Shown here piece after piece: positions 38,009-50,537 of a stretch of 64,000 bases of DNA; within the stretch, counting starts at the first letter, position 1; each line of letters begins with the position of its first letter. The translations under genes were made by a program, and so were the position numbers. The stretch is taken from assembly GCA_964016885.1 (NCBI GenBank), contig OZ024745.1:92380001-92444000 (forward strand), given 5' to 3'. This DNA is from Eledone cirrhosa. Taxonomy: Eukaryota. The notes beneath the pieces are model-generated. The model was not told the DNA's origin. It was given only the letters and a program-made list of their open reading frames with translations, and ran no database searches.

Positions 38009-38176
38009 TATATATAAATTGGAATCAATGCTCTGAAATAGCGATATATATGTGAATATAGACATAGAATATTCGAAAATATTCTGTATGTTTATAATAA
38101 ACATTTTGAAGACCTAATCGCTATAGAATAGAATACGTCACGTATTACAATTAGATTCTCGATAAAAGCAAGGGAA

Positions 38177-38219
38177 GTAATCTACGCGTTTCATTCTTGT
38201 TAGAAATCTTCAGGACTAC
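38177..38219 (-). ncRNA. Hammerhead motif HH5 (unit 1)
   Basis: Minus strand: GTAGTC-CTGAAGA-T-TTCT(aaca)AGAA-T-GAAAC-GC-GTA-GATTAC, with palindromic stem III ACGCGT. Confidence 0.8.
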
Positions 38220-38486
38220 ATATCCAGTGCTTTTATCGAGAATGACACAGCTAGAGACTTATAGAATACTTAGCTGTGTACAGGAACTGGTTTGAAAGAG
38301 CGGTTGCCGGTCCGGCAGAAATTAGAAATTGGAATCAATGCTCTGAAATAGCGATATATATGTGAATATAGACATAGAATATTCGAAAATATTCTGTATG
38401 TTTATAATAAACATTTTGAAGACCTAATCGCTATAGAATAGAATACGTCACGTATTACAATTAGATTCTCGATAAAAGCAAGGGAA

Positions 38487-38529
38487 GTAATCTACACGTT
38501 TCATTCTTGTTAGAAATCTTCAGGACCAC
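38487..38529 (-). ncRNA. Hammerhead motif HH5 (unit 2)
   Basis: Same as unit 1 with two substitutions (stem I GTGGTC; stem III ACGTGT). Confidence 0.75.
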
Positions 38530-38686
38530 ATATCCAGTGCTTTTATCGAGAATGACACAGCTAGAGACTTATAGAATACTTAGCTGTGTACAGGAACTGG
38601 TTTGAAAGAGCGGTTGCCGGTCCGGCAGAAATTAGAAATTTCTGAATGAAACAGTACTAGTCCTGTAGAAGCTCCTTCTATAAAAT

Positions 38687-38767
<81 letters not shown>

Positions 38768-38788
38768 TTATTTATATATATATATATT

Positions 38789-38819
<31 letters not shown>

Positions 38820-38974
38820 ATTTATATATATATATAAATATTTATATATATATATATTTATATATATATATATTTATTTATATATATATATATTTATATA
38901 TATATATTTATTTATATATATATTTATTTATATATATATATATATATTTAAATATATATATTTATATATATATT

Positions 38975-39013
<39 letters not shown>

Positions 39014-39188
39014 ATATATTATATATATATATTATATATATATATTATATATATATATTTTATATATAAATATATATATATATTATATATATAAATATAT
39101 ATATGTATATAAATATATAATATATATATATAAATATATAATATATATATATAAATATATATAAATAAATATATTTATATATATAAAT

Positions 39189-39219
<31 letters not shown>

Positions 39220-39222
39220 AAT

Positions 39223-39253
<31 letters not shown>

Positions 39254-39256
39254 AAT

Positions 39257-39327
<71 letters not shown>

Positions 39328-39341
39328 AATATATATATATA

Positions 39342-39375
<34 letters not shown>

Positions 39376-39389
39376 AATATATATATATA

Positions 39390-39441
<52 letters not shown>

Positions 39442-39603
39442 TATATATATAAATATATATATAAATATATATATAAATATATATATATAAATATATATAT
39501 ATAAATATATATATATAAATCAATATATATAAAAACAAATAACGAAACGAAATTAAATTTCGATTCGTTTGTAACTCACTTTTGTATGACTGACGCTTAA
39601 ACA

Positions 39604-39787
39604 ATTAAGTTAAAAATGTACATCTACATATGCATACTGAAATACTAGTGTGTATATGAATACACACACGTATACATATGTAGGTGTACCAGTGAAAGAC
39701 TTGGTACACCTACATATGTATACGTGTGTGTATTCATATACACACTAGTATTTCAATATGCATATGTAGATGTACATTTTTAACTTA

Positions 39788-39789
<2 letters not shown>
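39604..39789. repeat. Fold-back, 88-bp arms, 10-nt loop
   Basis: attaagttaaaaatgtacatctacatatgcata...gtacca / tggtac...tatgcatatgtagatgtacatttttaacttaat. Confidence 0.9.
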
Positions 39790-39865
<76 letters not shown>

Positions 39866-39887
39866 GTATAAATATATATATATATAT

Positions 39888-40922
39888 TTATAAAAAATAA
39901 ACCAAAGAAGCCTTCAATACATCAAAAGTCTTTATTAGCCAACAATGTTTTGTCCTATTAAGGACTCATCAGGGCAAGTAAAGCTACAAGAAGCACTATC
40001 GGCCAATACAAGCCAAAAACTCAGAAGAATATGGAGTATACACCTATTAAAGCCTAGGAAAGATATCAAGGAAAAGTAGGCTAATATTGAGAGCGAGCAG
40101 TTACAAACATAGATATAGACCAAATAGCAAGGAAGTGATTAACATGTTGAACCCACACTGCAAATATTATATAATGCAAAAACTTGAAACACAAATGGTA
40201 ATATAAAGCGATAATTACAGTACGATATAGAATATAATATAATATAATAGATGGTGACAATAAAAAGCTTTATATATACATATATATATATATATTTATA
40301 CATATATACATTAGTACAAACACAAACTAACACTCATTAAGTATTTAAATATATATATATATATATATATTGTTTATTATATATTATATTTTATTTTTAT
40401 TTTTATCTTTATTCTTATTTTTATCTTTATTATTATATTATACTGTAAACAATATATATATATTTAAATACTTAATGAGTGTTAGTTTGTGTTTGTACTA
40501 ATGTATATATGTATAAATATATATATATATGTATATATAAAGCTTTTTATTGTCACCATCTATTATATTATATTATATTCTATATCGTACTGTAATTCTC
40601 GCATTATATTACCATTTGTGTTTCAAGTTTTTGCATTATACAATATTTGCAATGTGGGTTCAACATGTTAATCACTTCCTTGCTATTTGGTCTATATCTA
40701 TGTTTGTAACTGCTCGCTCTCAATATTAGCCTACTTTTCTTTGATATCCTTCCTAGGCTTTAATAGATGTATACTCCATATTCTTCTGAGTTTTTGGCTT
40801 GTATTGGCCGATAGTGCTTCTTGTAGCTTTACTTGCCCTGATGAGTCCTTAATAGGACAAAACATTGTTGGCTAATAAAGACTTTTGATGTATTGAAGGC
40901 TTCTTTGGTTTATTTTTTATAA
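39888..40922. mobile_element. Penelope-type fold-back, ~500-bp arms, each with a hammerhead motif
   Basis: 39888-~40388 is the reverse complement of ~40430-40922. The ORF track shows identical peptides on opposite strands (39935-40123 and 40687-40875). Confidence 0.85.
40827..40880 (+). ncRNA. Hammerhead motif HH6 with a G12A core change (mirror copy at ~39930-39983, minus)
   Basis: GCC-CTGATGA-GTCC(ttaata)GGAC-AAAAC-ATT-GTT-GGC. The GAAA box reads AAAA in both arms. Confidence 0.65.
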
Positions 40923-41050
40923 TTCTTCGGCTCTGTTTAATTACATTGAGCTATATCTTATACTGTCATTTCTATAATATGAAGAGGGTGTTTAACTCCA
41001 ACACACTCTATTAATTTAATTCTTCTTATATATATATATATATATATATA

Positions 41051-41226
41051 TGGAACAAAAGCACAACCCAAGGTCTCAAGGCCAAAATTTGACCATACCT
41101 CTAGAAAACAAGAGGCATCAAAACTCACATCAGCGCCTGACGAAAGGTCACTATTTTGATGCCTCTTGTTTTCTGGACATATGGTCAAATTTTAGCCTTG
41201 AAACAACGGGTAGTGCCTTTGTTCCA
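41051..41226 (+). mobile_element. Short fold-back (~72-bp arms) containing hammerhead motif HH7 (41133-41216)
   Basis: Arms at 41051-41123 and 41155-41226. GCGC-CTGACGA-AAGG...CCTT-GAAAC-aacgg-GTA-GTGC. Confidence 0.65.
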
Positions 41227-43389
41227 TGTCTGATCATAAATCAATAATATATATATATGCATGCACATATGTTACAATTTTGTTGTTGCCACACATCAAT
41301 GCATTGACAATTATATCTCATGGCTTGCTCAATGTACCACATCCAATGCTTTGAAACAAAAATCCTGTGTGTATTGCAATACATATCATTGACACACACA
41401 CATGCATATATATGTGTATTCATGTGTGTGTGTATATATATATATATATAAGTGATTATAGTGGTGTATTCCACTATTATTTTATATATATATGTTTATA
41501 TATATATATGCTGCTAAGGCCATGCTGGAGTACTACTCTATACATGTTGAATGTTCTATGTCTTTTAAGTCATCTCTGTGTATGTTCAATGTTCCAATGT
41601 TTTTGTTGGTATTCTTAGTGTATGTAGCATTTCTCATTGCTGGATCAATTAATTGATGTAAGATGATCTGCTTTGGTTGTCACCTTTTTGCAGATATTAT
41701 GTTCTTAAGTATGAAATATCTGATTTCCTTATGCACTTTCAATTTGAAATCAGACATTTCATACTTGACTGGGATTTCATTTTCTCATTTCTAGAAGGAA
41801 AAAAAGCAAAGTTGACTTTCATGGGATTTGAACTCATGTAAAGATGTGGACCAGATACTACAAGGCAATTTGTCTGACGCTCTAATGATTTGGTCAAATG
41901 ATAATACTTATAACCTTATGATTTTGGTTTATTTTGTCTAGATACTATGAATTTAAAAGAGTTGGTATATTTCCATGTAAAGACGAGTATATGGCTCTAC
42001 TACTACAATGGTTTAACATTAACCAACTGGTTAATTGAGCTTAAACTAATTGAGATCTTCTCCCGATTTAAAATTCAATTCATTGTCACTTAATTGGAGA
42101 AAATAGTGAGAACACTTGTTAATTTAGTTGAAAATAGAATATCAATTTAACAAGAATTTTCTAGATTACTGATTAAATTCAAATTATCTTGAATACCAGT
42201 TCAGCTTTAAACAACAACAACAACAACAACACCAACAAATTAGTACTACTAGTTAAAAATAGTGAAAAAGAAAGACAAATCATTTCGTTCAGACATTTAT
42301 AAAAGTATTGCTTAAATTTAAAACATGAAATTTAAGTAAACTGGGTGCAAGTATTATCAACAAACTTGCTTCACAACCATGTGGTTCAAGGTTTGATCTT
42401 ATTGAATGGCACCTTGGGCCCAATATCTTCTACTTTAACCTTCAGTTGACCAATGTTTTGTCATTTTGGTGCCATTATAATTGCACTCTTCACACTGCAT
42501 AAAGAGGTTGGCATTCTAACAGTAAAGGCTCTTCAGTCACCTCAATGACATTACAGCATCTCTAGTGGTGGTGCAATTATAAAATGTACCCAGTACACCC
42601 TGAAAAAGGTGTTGGCATTAGGAAGGGTATCTAACCATAGAAACCATGTTCCAAATTGAATGCATTGAGCATGACATTGTCCTCCAATACATCTATGAGG
42701 ACTGTAGCTCAAATTAAATACTGATTTATTCTGTAACAATGTACCAAATCCATGCTCCATGCCAGCATGGAAAAACAGATGTGAAATAATGGTAATGATG
42801 ATGATGACGATAATGACAATGATGATGATGATGATGATGATGATGATAGGTATATCAGTGTTAGATGAAAATCAGTACGTCAAGTAAAAACATTTCTGGT
42901 ATTTAACCCTTTCATTACCACATTTCTAATGAAATGACTTCTCCATTATTAAGCTGGTATTTAAAACATAACTTAACAAAGTTTCTTACATAAAATTATG
43001 ATGGAAGATTTTTAAATAAATATGAACACGATAAAACAAGCAGCTTTGTATCATTGAACCAGGGTCAGTTTCAGATGGTTTAGTATCAAAATTGTTAAGG
43101 TGGACTTAGCTATTTGATCAATAATATACTAGACAAAGTATTAGTGTTGATATAGGTAACTAAAACCCTTGGAGGCAGTGCCCAAGCATGGTCGCTGTCC
43201 AAAAACTGAAACCAGTAAAAGAATAAAATTAGAAACTGAGGGGTGTATTTATTAAATTTGATATTCGTATTAAAGCAAGTTTTTAAATTATGAACAAAAG
43301 TTGAATAACTTTGTAATTTAATTTGCTTATTAATTCTTATTTAAGGATGATAAATAGCAGAACAGTAGTTAGTAGAGAGACAGTATCAG

Positions 43390-43590
43390 TGGAGCATTGG
43401 ACAACATGCTTTATGGCATAGAGTTAGGACCCTTTATGATCTGAGTTCAAATTCCACCAAGGTTAGCTTTACCTTTGATCCTTACGGGGTCGATAAAATA
43501 AAGTACCAGTAATGCACTGGGGTCGATTTGATTGAGTTTCCCCTTCCTCAAAATTGTTGGCCTTGTGCCTAAATCAGAAACCAATATTTA
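43390..43590 (+). mobile_element. SINE family A copy (a further decayed copy at ~43735-43915)
   Basis: B-box gagttcaaattcc, core and 3' tggccttgtgcctaaatcagaaacc. Confidence 0.8.
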
Positions 43591-43983
43591 GTTATGTCCT
43601 GAGTTCAAAGCTCAAAACCAGTTGAAGTTGACTTGGACAGGAGGTGGTATAATCAGCAATACACCTGCCCTCATAATGTGCAGTATTGTATCTATATTAA
43701 GATGATAGTAATCTTTAATTCTTATTTAGAGCTTGGTTGATAGCAGAATCTGTAAAGAATCTCTTTACATTTCTAAATTAAAATATTCTCGGTAGCTTTG
43801 CTTTTGATCCTTCTGGAATTAATACAATAAGTACCAGTAATGTACTAAGGGATTGATTAAATTTATTGTGCTTTCTCCTTAAAAATCTGTGATCTTGTGC
43901 CAAATTTAGAAATTAACATTATTTCTTATTTAAATAAAATCTGAGCTGAGACTGTGTTTTTTAAAAGTTCAATTATTTTACAG

Positions 43984-46287
43984 AAAATATTGAAAATCAT
44001 TTACAAGATGTTATATCAGATGAAAGTTCAACTGCAGCAGACAATAGCTCCAATGTCTGTATTGCTAATAATCTCACTGACAGCATTTCAAAAGATGATA
44101 ATGAACTTTTGAATAATACAACTGGCCTACCTCTATCAAATGAGACACATGAGAGTTTAAATGAAATACAAGACTTGAAAGAAATGAAGGATGACTTAAA
44201 TGAAACAGATAACCAAAATGATAAACAAGAAGAGTCAATTGAAAAACAAGTTGAATCAAGTGAAAAGCAGAGTGACTTGATTGAAAAACAGAATGGCTTA
44301 AATGAAAAACATGATGATATAAAAGATGTACATGAAGATTTAACTGAAAAGAAAGATGATGTGAAAGAAGTACAAGAAGATTTAAGTGAAAAGAAAGATG
44401 AGTTGAAAGAAGTACAAGAAGAGTTAAGTTTAAAGAAAGAAGTACAAGAGGATTTAAGTGAAAAGAAAGAAGTACAAGAAGATTTAAGGGAAAAGAAAGA
44501 AGTACAAGAAGAATTAAGTTTAAAGAAAGAAGTACAAGAGGATTTAAGTGAAAAGAAAGAAGTACAAGAAGAATTAAGTGAAAAGAAAGAAGTACAAGAA
44601 GATTTAAGTGAAAAGAAAGAAGTACAAGAAGATTTAAGTGAAAAGAAAGAAGTACAAGAAGATTTAAGTGAAAAGAAAGAAGTACAAGAGGATTTAAGTG
44701 AAAAGAAAGAAGTACAAGAAGAATTAAGTTTAAAGAAAGAAGTACAAGAGGATTTAAGTGAAAAGAAAGAAGTACAAGAAGAATTAAGTGAAAAGAAAGA
44801 AGTACAAGAAGATTTAAGTGAAAAGAAAGAAGTACAAGAAGATTTAAGTGGTGAAAAGAAAGATGATTTGGAAGAAGTACAAGAAGAATTAAGTGAAAAG
44901 AAAGAAGTACAAGAAGAATTAAGCGAAAAGAAAGAAGTACAAGAAGAATTAAGCGAAAAGAAAGAAGTACAAAAAGAATTAAGTGAAAAGAAAGATGATC
45001 TAAAAGAAGTACAAGAAGATTTAAATGAAAAGGAAGATGACACAAATGAAAATATAGTTACATCAACTGTCGAGGTGACAGAGGTATGTCAGGAGATCAA
45101 AGAAGATGGAGAACATTTGTTGACAGAACATTTAGAAAAGGACATTCCTGTTGATCTTAGTGAAGAGAATGATCCAAAAATATGTGTATCATTGTGTGAG
45201 AATGATGTTGGAAAGCTTCCTGATACTGAAATAGAAAGAGAAACAGTTGTATCAACAGCTGGAGTTGCTGTACTAGCAGACGACCATCAAGATGTCATTG
45301 AAGAAGTTAATTTGACTACCAGTCCCCAGACCAACATTGACATAATTACTGACACCCAAGTGACTTCAACAAATCTGGAAGATGTTAAAAGTGATGAAAA
45401 CAAAGATGAGACTGAAAATTCTTCTTTATCTCTTAATATTAGCTCTCCATTAGACGAAAGCAGAGAAGTTGAGGCTGAAATGAAAGATCCAGTGAAAGAA
45501 AATTTAGTTGAAGACACAGATAATGACTATGCTACAGATCAAATAGTAACAGAACTTAAAAGTGAACCTGAAGTACTACCATCTAATCTCAGTCAAACTG
45601 AGATGGGTGAAAACATAAATGAGAATTCAGAGGAAATCCTCTTGAACAAAGACATGAAAACTTTGTATACATTAAAAGAGGATGAGAGCCAGTGTGAAGA
45701 TCATGAAATTACACAGCAGGCACAAATACCAAGTGATGATGTCTTACTAGATTCCAAAACCTCAAGCCTTGAGAAAGATGACGGCATCAATGAAACAAGC
45801 GATTGCTTTAATGACAATATGAATAATACTTCATTGTTATCTGAAAGTGAAACAATATGCATTGTAAAATCAAAACCTCAAGATCTCTCCAATGAAATTC
45901 ACCCTGATAAAGTAGAACTACAAGAGGATAGTGCAAAATTAAAGGATGCAATACCAATAACTGAAGCATTGGCACCAGACATTTTAGTTGGAGATAGTTT
46001 GAACCATTCAGAATGCTCTGAAGATGCAACTATCGAGGAACCAGATTATAAAATTAATCTTTATGAAAGAAATATGTCTGACCCAGATATTTTATTGGAA
46101 ACCATTCGGATGATGGAGGAAGCTAAAGCAAAGGGACCATCTGTAGAAATAATGACAACAGATTTAGATGCAGAAGATTTGTTGGACGAGGCATTACTGC
46201 ATCCAACAAACAGTACCGAAGAAAACAAGGTGACCAATATAGAAATTAATACTGATTTCATATCTTTGCAGAATTCTAATGTTGAAG
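43984..46287 (+). CDS. Host gene giant exon C (768 codons), very acidic and low-complexity, with ~20 KKEVQE(D/E)LSE decapeptide repeats
   Basis: ttattttacag acceptor, G|gtgaga donor, 2304 nt, phase 1-1. The long open frame includes ORF 44109-46298. Confidence 0.85.
44340..45030 (+). repeat. Coding 30-bp tandem repeat
   Basis: Unit aagaaagaagtacaagaagatttaagtgaa. All visible indels are multiples of 3. Confidence 0.95.
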
Positions 46288-49051
46288 GTGAGATATAAAA
46301 ACCACTCTATTTTTTGTAATTTCTATTTCATTACACAGCTGGTTTATCATATATTTATCTTATAGCTGTTTTTATTTATTCATGTACGATATCAATAAGG
46401 ATTAACAATTGTTTTACATTCAAGCCAACACACCTTAAAATAAAATTGCCTGCTACATCTGTTAGCAGATATATCCCGTTGATTGTCTACATTTTCATGT
46501 CATATACTTAATAAAAAAAAGACATTGCTTTAGTTGATCCCCAAAATGTCATTTCAGCCTAAGTGTTAAAGTGTTGATTTTCCGCCTCAGGCCAAATTTA
46601 CAAAAAAAAAACAATTAGCCTGGAATAATTTCAACTTCCTTGACCCAAACTGTAATGAGTTTGTCAAGTGGAGCTGCAGAACTGCAAGATATTAACAATA
46701 AATTTGTATTACTCATGTCACCGTCCTAGAGTCAGTTTTTCTTTCTTCTATAGAATGCTTGACAACAAATATATGTGTGTGTGTGTGTGTGTGTGTGCAT
46801 GTGTATAAATACATACACAGTGTATTGTAAAGTATGACTCAATCCCATGACAAATACTTTATCATGGGATTTTCATGCTTTGCTTGGGTTATTGTGCCCC
46901 AGATAAGTGGAGTTTTCTTTCATATTCATTTCTTTAATAGATGTGATAGCTTTGCTTTATTTCCCTTGTTTTTTATTGGGCTTCATTGCTTTACCCTAGC
47001 TTAACCTGGCTTAATCTAGCTTCTACTGCTTTTTTCAGACTTAAAGCCCTGCTTTACCTATAAATGTTTTATCCCCTTCCCAGTTAATTCTTGAATTTGT
47101 TATCTTCTCTTTAAAAAGAAATAATCTGTAATTATTATTATTATTATTTTCCTTGGATATCTGTATATTCACAAACATCCCACTGAGCTTGGGGTGGATG
47201 ATGGTTTGTTATGACACATTTTTCAGCTGATTGTTACAAATTATTATTATTATTATTAGTTTTTGTGGGTTTCTTTTATTATGGTTTTTGGATTTTAACA
47301 TTTATTAACGGTTTTTTTCTCCATAATACTTCACTGAGTGTTTCAGCTACCTTTAATTAATTATATTTATTTACATAAGTATTATTTCTATTTCAGCAAT
47401 AAAATTAAATTATATATAAATAAATGTTATAATATTTCTTATAAGTTTTTGTTTCCTTATCAAAAAAGTTCCTTAATTAAATAAAATATTTAATAAAATT
47501 TAAATTTATGATTATTTTGTTTTTAACCCTTTAGCATTTACATTACTCTATATAAACTATTGTATTTTCATGGTAAAGACTTTATCTCACATAATATCAA
47601 ATCTGCAAGATTTTTATATTATTTATTTTGAGAGCAATACCTTAACAGCGATATGAGCAGTCGGTTGGGGCTGGTTTGAACAGAAAGAGCTGAAAGAATT
47701 CTGGCCAGATATGGACGTTTTAAATGCTAAAGGCTTAAATGTGTTGCTTATGTTTACTGAAGGTTTTGGCCTAAATATAATGTATCTAAGATAATGGTCA
47801 GTCCATTGTAATCCAATGTAAATAATTCTTAGAGTAAGAAGTCAAGGGCGGAAACACTCACAGAAAGGAAGGGGATTCTTTTCTGAAGACATTCTGCTGC
47901 CCAACTCTCCTAAAAGTTTCTTACCACATTATATATAATTATAGAAGTTAAGGGTTGAAACACTCGTTTGGCAGGGTTTCTTCTCTGGACCTTCTGTTGT
48001 CCAGCTCTCTGAGAGTTTCTTACCACTTGAGTTGTTGAGTATCTACAGATGACACTCTCTCTTCATGTAGTATATTTGGAGCAAATAACCATTAACTGTA
48101 TGAACTCAACACTGCTTAAGAGCAGAACATTTGGCAAATATGTAAGGAGTGCATCTCCTGCTGATTAATCCTTTCATTACCATATTTCCAATGAAAGACA
48201 CTGTCCATGATTTTCAAATCATTTTGAAAATATTCCAGAATTTTGAGGGATTTAGTAACATATAATTTTCTCATTATTAAGCTGGTGTGTAGAGCTTAAT
48301 TTAAGTTTCTTACATAAAATTATAATGGAAGGTTATTAGATAAATATAAACATAAAAATAGACTGTTTTGTATTGTAGAACTAAGGGTGGTTTCAGGCAG
48401 TTTGGCATCAAAAGGATTAAAGTAGTAATCTGATCATTCTTATATTTATTAGAAGTACTTTTTCTTTCGTCTTCTTATTAATAGTTTTGTCTGGTGGAGA
48501 GTGAGAGAGATGCACTTATGGCCTTCACAGGGCCCCAAGATCAGTAAGATTGACATAGTTAATGTTATTTTTGACAGTTGCTGCAAAACCTTGGGCAGAG
48601 AGGAAATATAAGCTGACATTCCGAAAAAGTGGTTAGGGTATGGTTTGGAAGGAGGACATATGAGTGATGAGAAGAATAGACACGTGAGTCGAGTGGGCTT
48701 GAATAAAAGTGGCACAAGCTCAACCATCTCTGAGAATTAGAGGCCACTGTAACATAGTAGATGAGACATAATGAGTAGGCACCACATTTGTGTGCCAAAG
48801 GTTAGCATGTGTTGGTGAAAACTTTCACACCAATCAGTTGGGTAGCCATCTTTTGATTGCATGTCTATCTGTGTAGTAGAACTGTCCCAAACATAGAAGC
48901 CATATTCCATTCTAAGTATATATGGTATAGGACTATCACCTCATAGGTCTTGTTAAAATCTACTACTTATGTTGTTTTGTTGACTATTTGGGCTCTACAC
49001 TATATTTTCCTCAATACTCAGTGAATTGTTTATTCCTAGACATAAATATAG

Positions 49052-49346
49052 TACAGTGGAACCTTGGTTTGTGAACATCTTTCAACATGAACAAATCTGT
49101 TCACAAACAATTTTACCAAACATAAAACACTTTGGGTGACAAACAGTGTCTCGAGTAATGGAGACGCAAGCCGACAACAATGGTTGGCGACAAGCTGGGT
49201 GTATCGGCGGGAAAGCATGACTTGCTGTGTAGTTAATATAGTGATATCTGTCTTTCGCAGTCTCTCTCTCACTGTATTTCTCAACATTTCCTATGGGAAA
49301 AGTGGTTTCAGTTTATGAAGATTTCGGGTGATGAGCAGCTGTACTG
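49052..49346. mobile_element. Tigger/pogo-like MITE remnant
   Basis: 5' TA-CAGTGGAACCTTGGTT terminus typical of pogo-like elements. The 3' end is degraded. Confidence 0.5.
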
Positions 49347-49617
49347 ATATTTGAGAATATAACTTTAGGTTAATATCTTCAATTGTTTTGGTTTGTATTG
49401 CAATGAGTCTAAACCCTTTGCCTGACTCACTTAAAGCTTTCTGTAATGGCTGGAAGGTAATATGCTAGCCTACATTAAGCTCATCATGTACAAGAATCTG
49501 ATATCAAACTAGCTGGAAATGAAAAGTTATAATGATTTTTACTTTTATTATGACACTGTTGTAGTTTATTATTTGTTTATTATATTATAATAATATCACT
49601 TTTTATTTGGGTTATTT

Positions 49618-50105
49618 GTGAAGGCATATGGCTTAGTGGTTAGAGCGGTAGGCTTGCAATCGTGAGGTTGTGAGTTCAATTCTCAGACTGGATGATGCGT
49701 TGTATCCTTGAGCAAGACACTTTATTTCACGTTGCTCCAGTTTACTCAGCTGTAGAAATGAGTTGCGATATCACTGGTGCCAAGCTGCAGCAGCCATTGC
49801 CTTTCCCTTGGACAACATAGTGTATATATAGGATATATATAGTGTATATATAGTGTGCATATAATGTATATATATATAGTCTATATACAGTGTGTATATT
49901 TGTTATGAGGTCACTGGTACCAAGCTGCATCAGCCATTGCTTTTCTCTTGGACAACATCAGTGGCATGGAGAGGGGAGACTGGTATACATGGGTGACTGC
50001 TGGTCAGCCTCAAACAACCTTGCACGTACTTGCACCTCAGAGGAGAGCTTCTAGGTGCAAATCCCATGGTCATTTGTGACCAAATGACCAAAGGGGGTCT
50101 TTACC
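49618..50105 (+). mobile_element. tRNA-derived SINE family B
   Basis: A-box tggcttagtggttagagcg, B-box gagttcaattc, core tccttgagcaagacactt...ctcagctgtagaaatgag, and an internal duplication around a TA-rich insert. Confidence 0.75.
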
Positions 50106-50348
50106 ATTTTTTAGTTGTGAGTTTATAAAGAAGTATATAAAGAAACATAAATGAGAAAATCCAATCAGTTTATATTTGAAAAAAGTTTAAAGAAATATTA
50201 GTTTATATATTAAGTAATTTTGATATTTAAAAAAAAATATTGGATTTTGTTGTATGAAAAACATAATAATGACTTTTAATTTTCGTTGTGTTTATCTATT
50301 TATTAATATATTTATTTTTGTCTTTTGTATATTTGTTTGTTTGTCCAG

Positions 50349-50476
50349 AGGGCAGCACTGGAGAACCAAGTGACCAATCATTAGCGATGTCTTCGACAAG
50401 TACAGAGCAGAGCGACAGTATTGCTAAGATGAAACCAGCATATATAGATAATTCAAATGGAACTGTTTTTGTATAG
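50349..50476 (+). CDS. Host gene terminal coding exon D (EGSTGEPSDQSLAMSSTSTEQSDSIAKMKPAYIDNSNGTVFV*)
   Basis: tttgtttgtccag acceptor, phase 1, joins exon C in frame (G+AG = Glu), TAG at 50474-50476. Confidence 0.75.
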
Positions 50477-50537
50477 GGCTCTGAAAGCAATTAATCCTTT
50501 ATTATTATCACTATCATTATTATTATTATTATTATTA

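Larger units (their letters stand above)
38016..38640 (-). mobile_element. 310-bp tandem dimer, each unit with a hammerhead (retrozyme-like / Penelope pseudo-LTR tandem)
   Basis: Period 310 (gataaaagca at 38161 and 38471), nearly identical units, embedded in (TA)n. Confidence 0.8.

Noticed and set aside
39935-40875. Identical 62-aa ORFs on opposite strands as a duplicated gene
   Set aside because: A consequence of the inverted repeat. The starts are non-ATG and there are no protein motifs.
43997-45045. Antisense ORFs (SSCTSFFSLK and LLVLLSFHL repeats)
   Set aside because: Shadows of the 30-bp coding repeat. The + frame extends far beyond the repeat and has splice sites.
49630-49690. Possible tRNA gene
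   Set aside because: A and B boxes are present, but there is no convincing cloverleaf and it continues into a SINE core.
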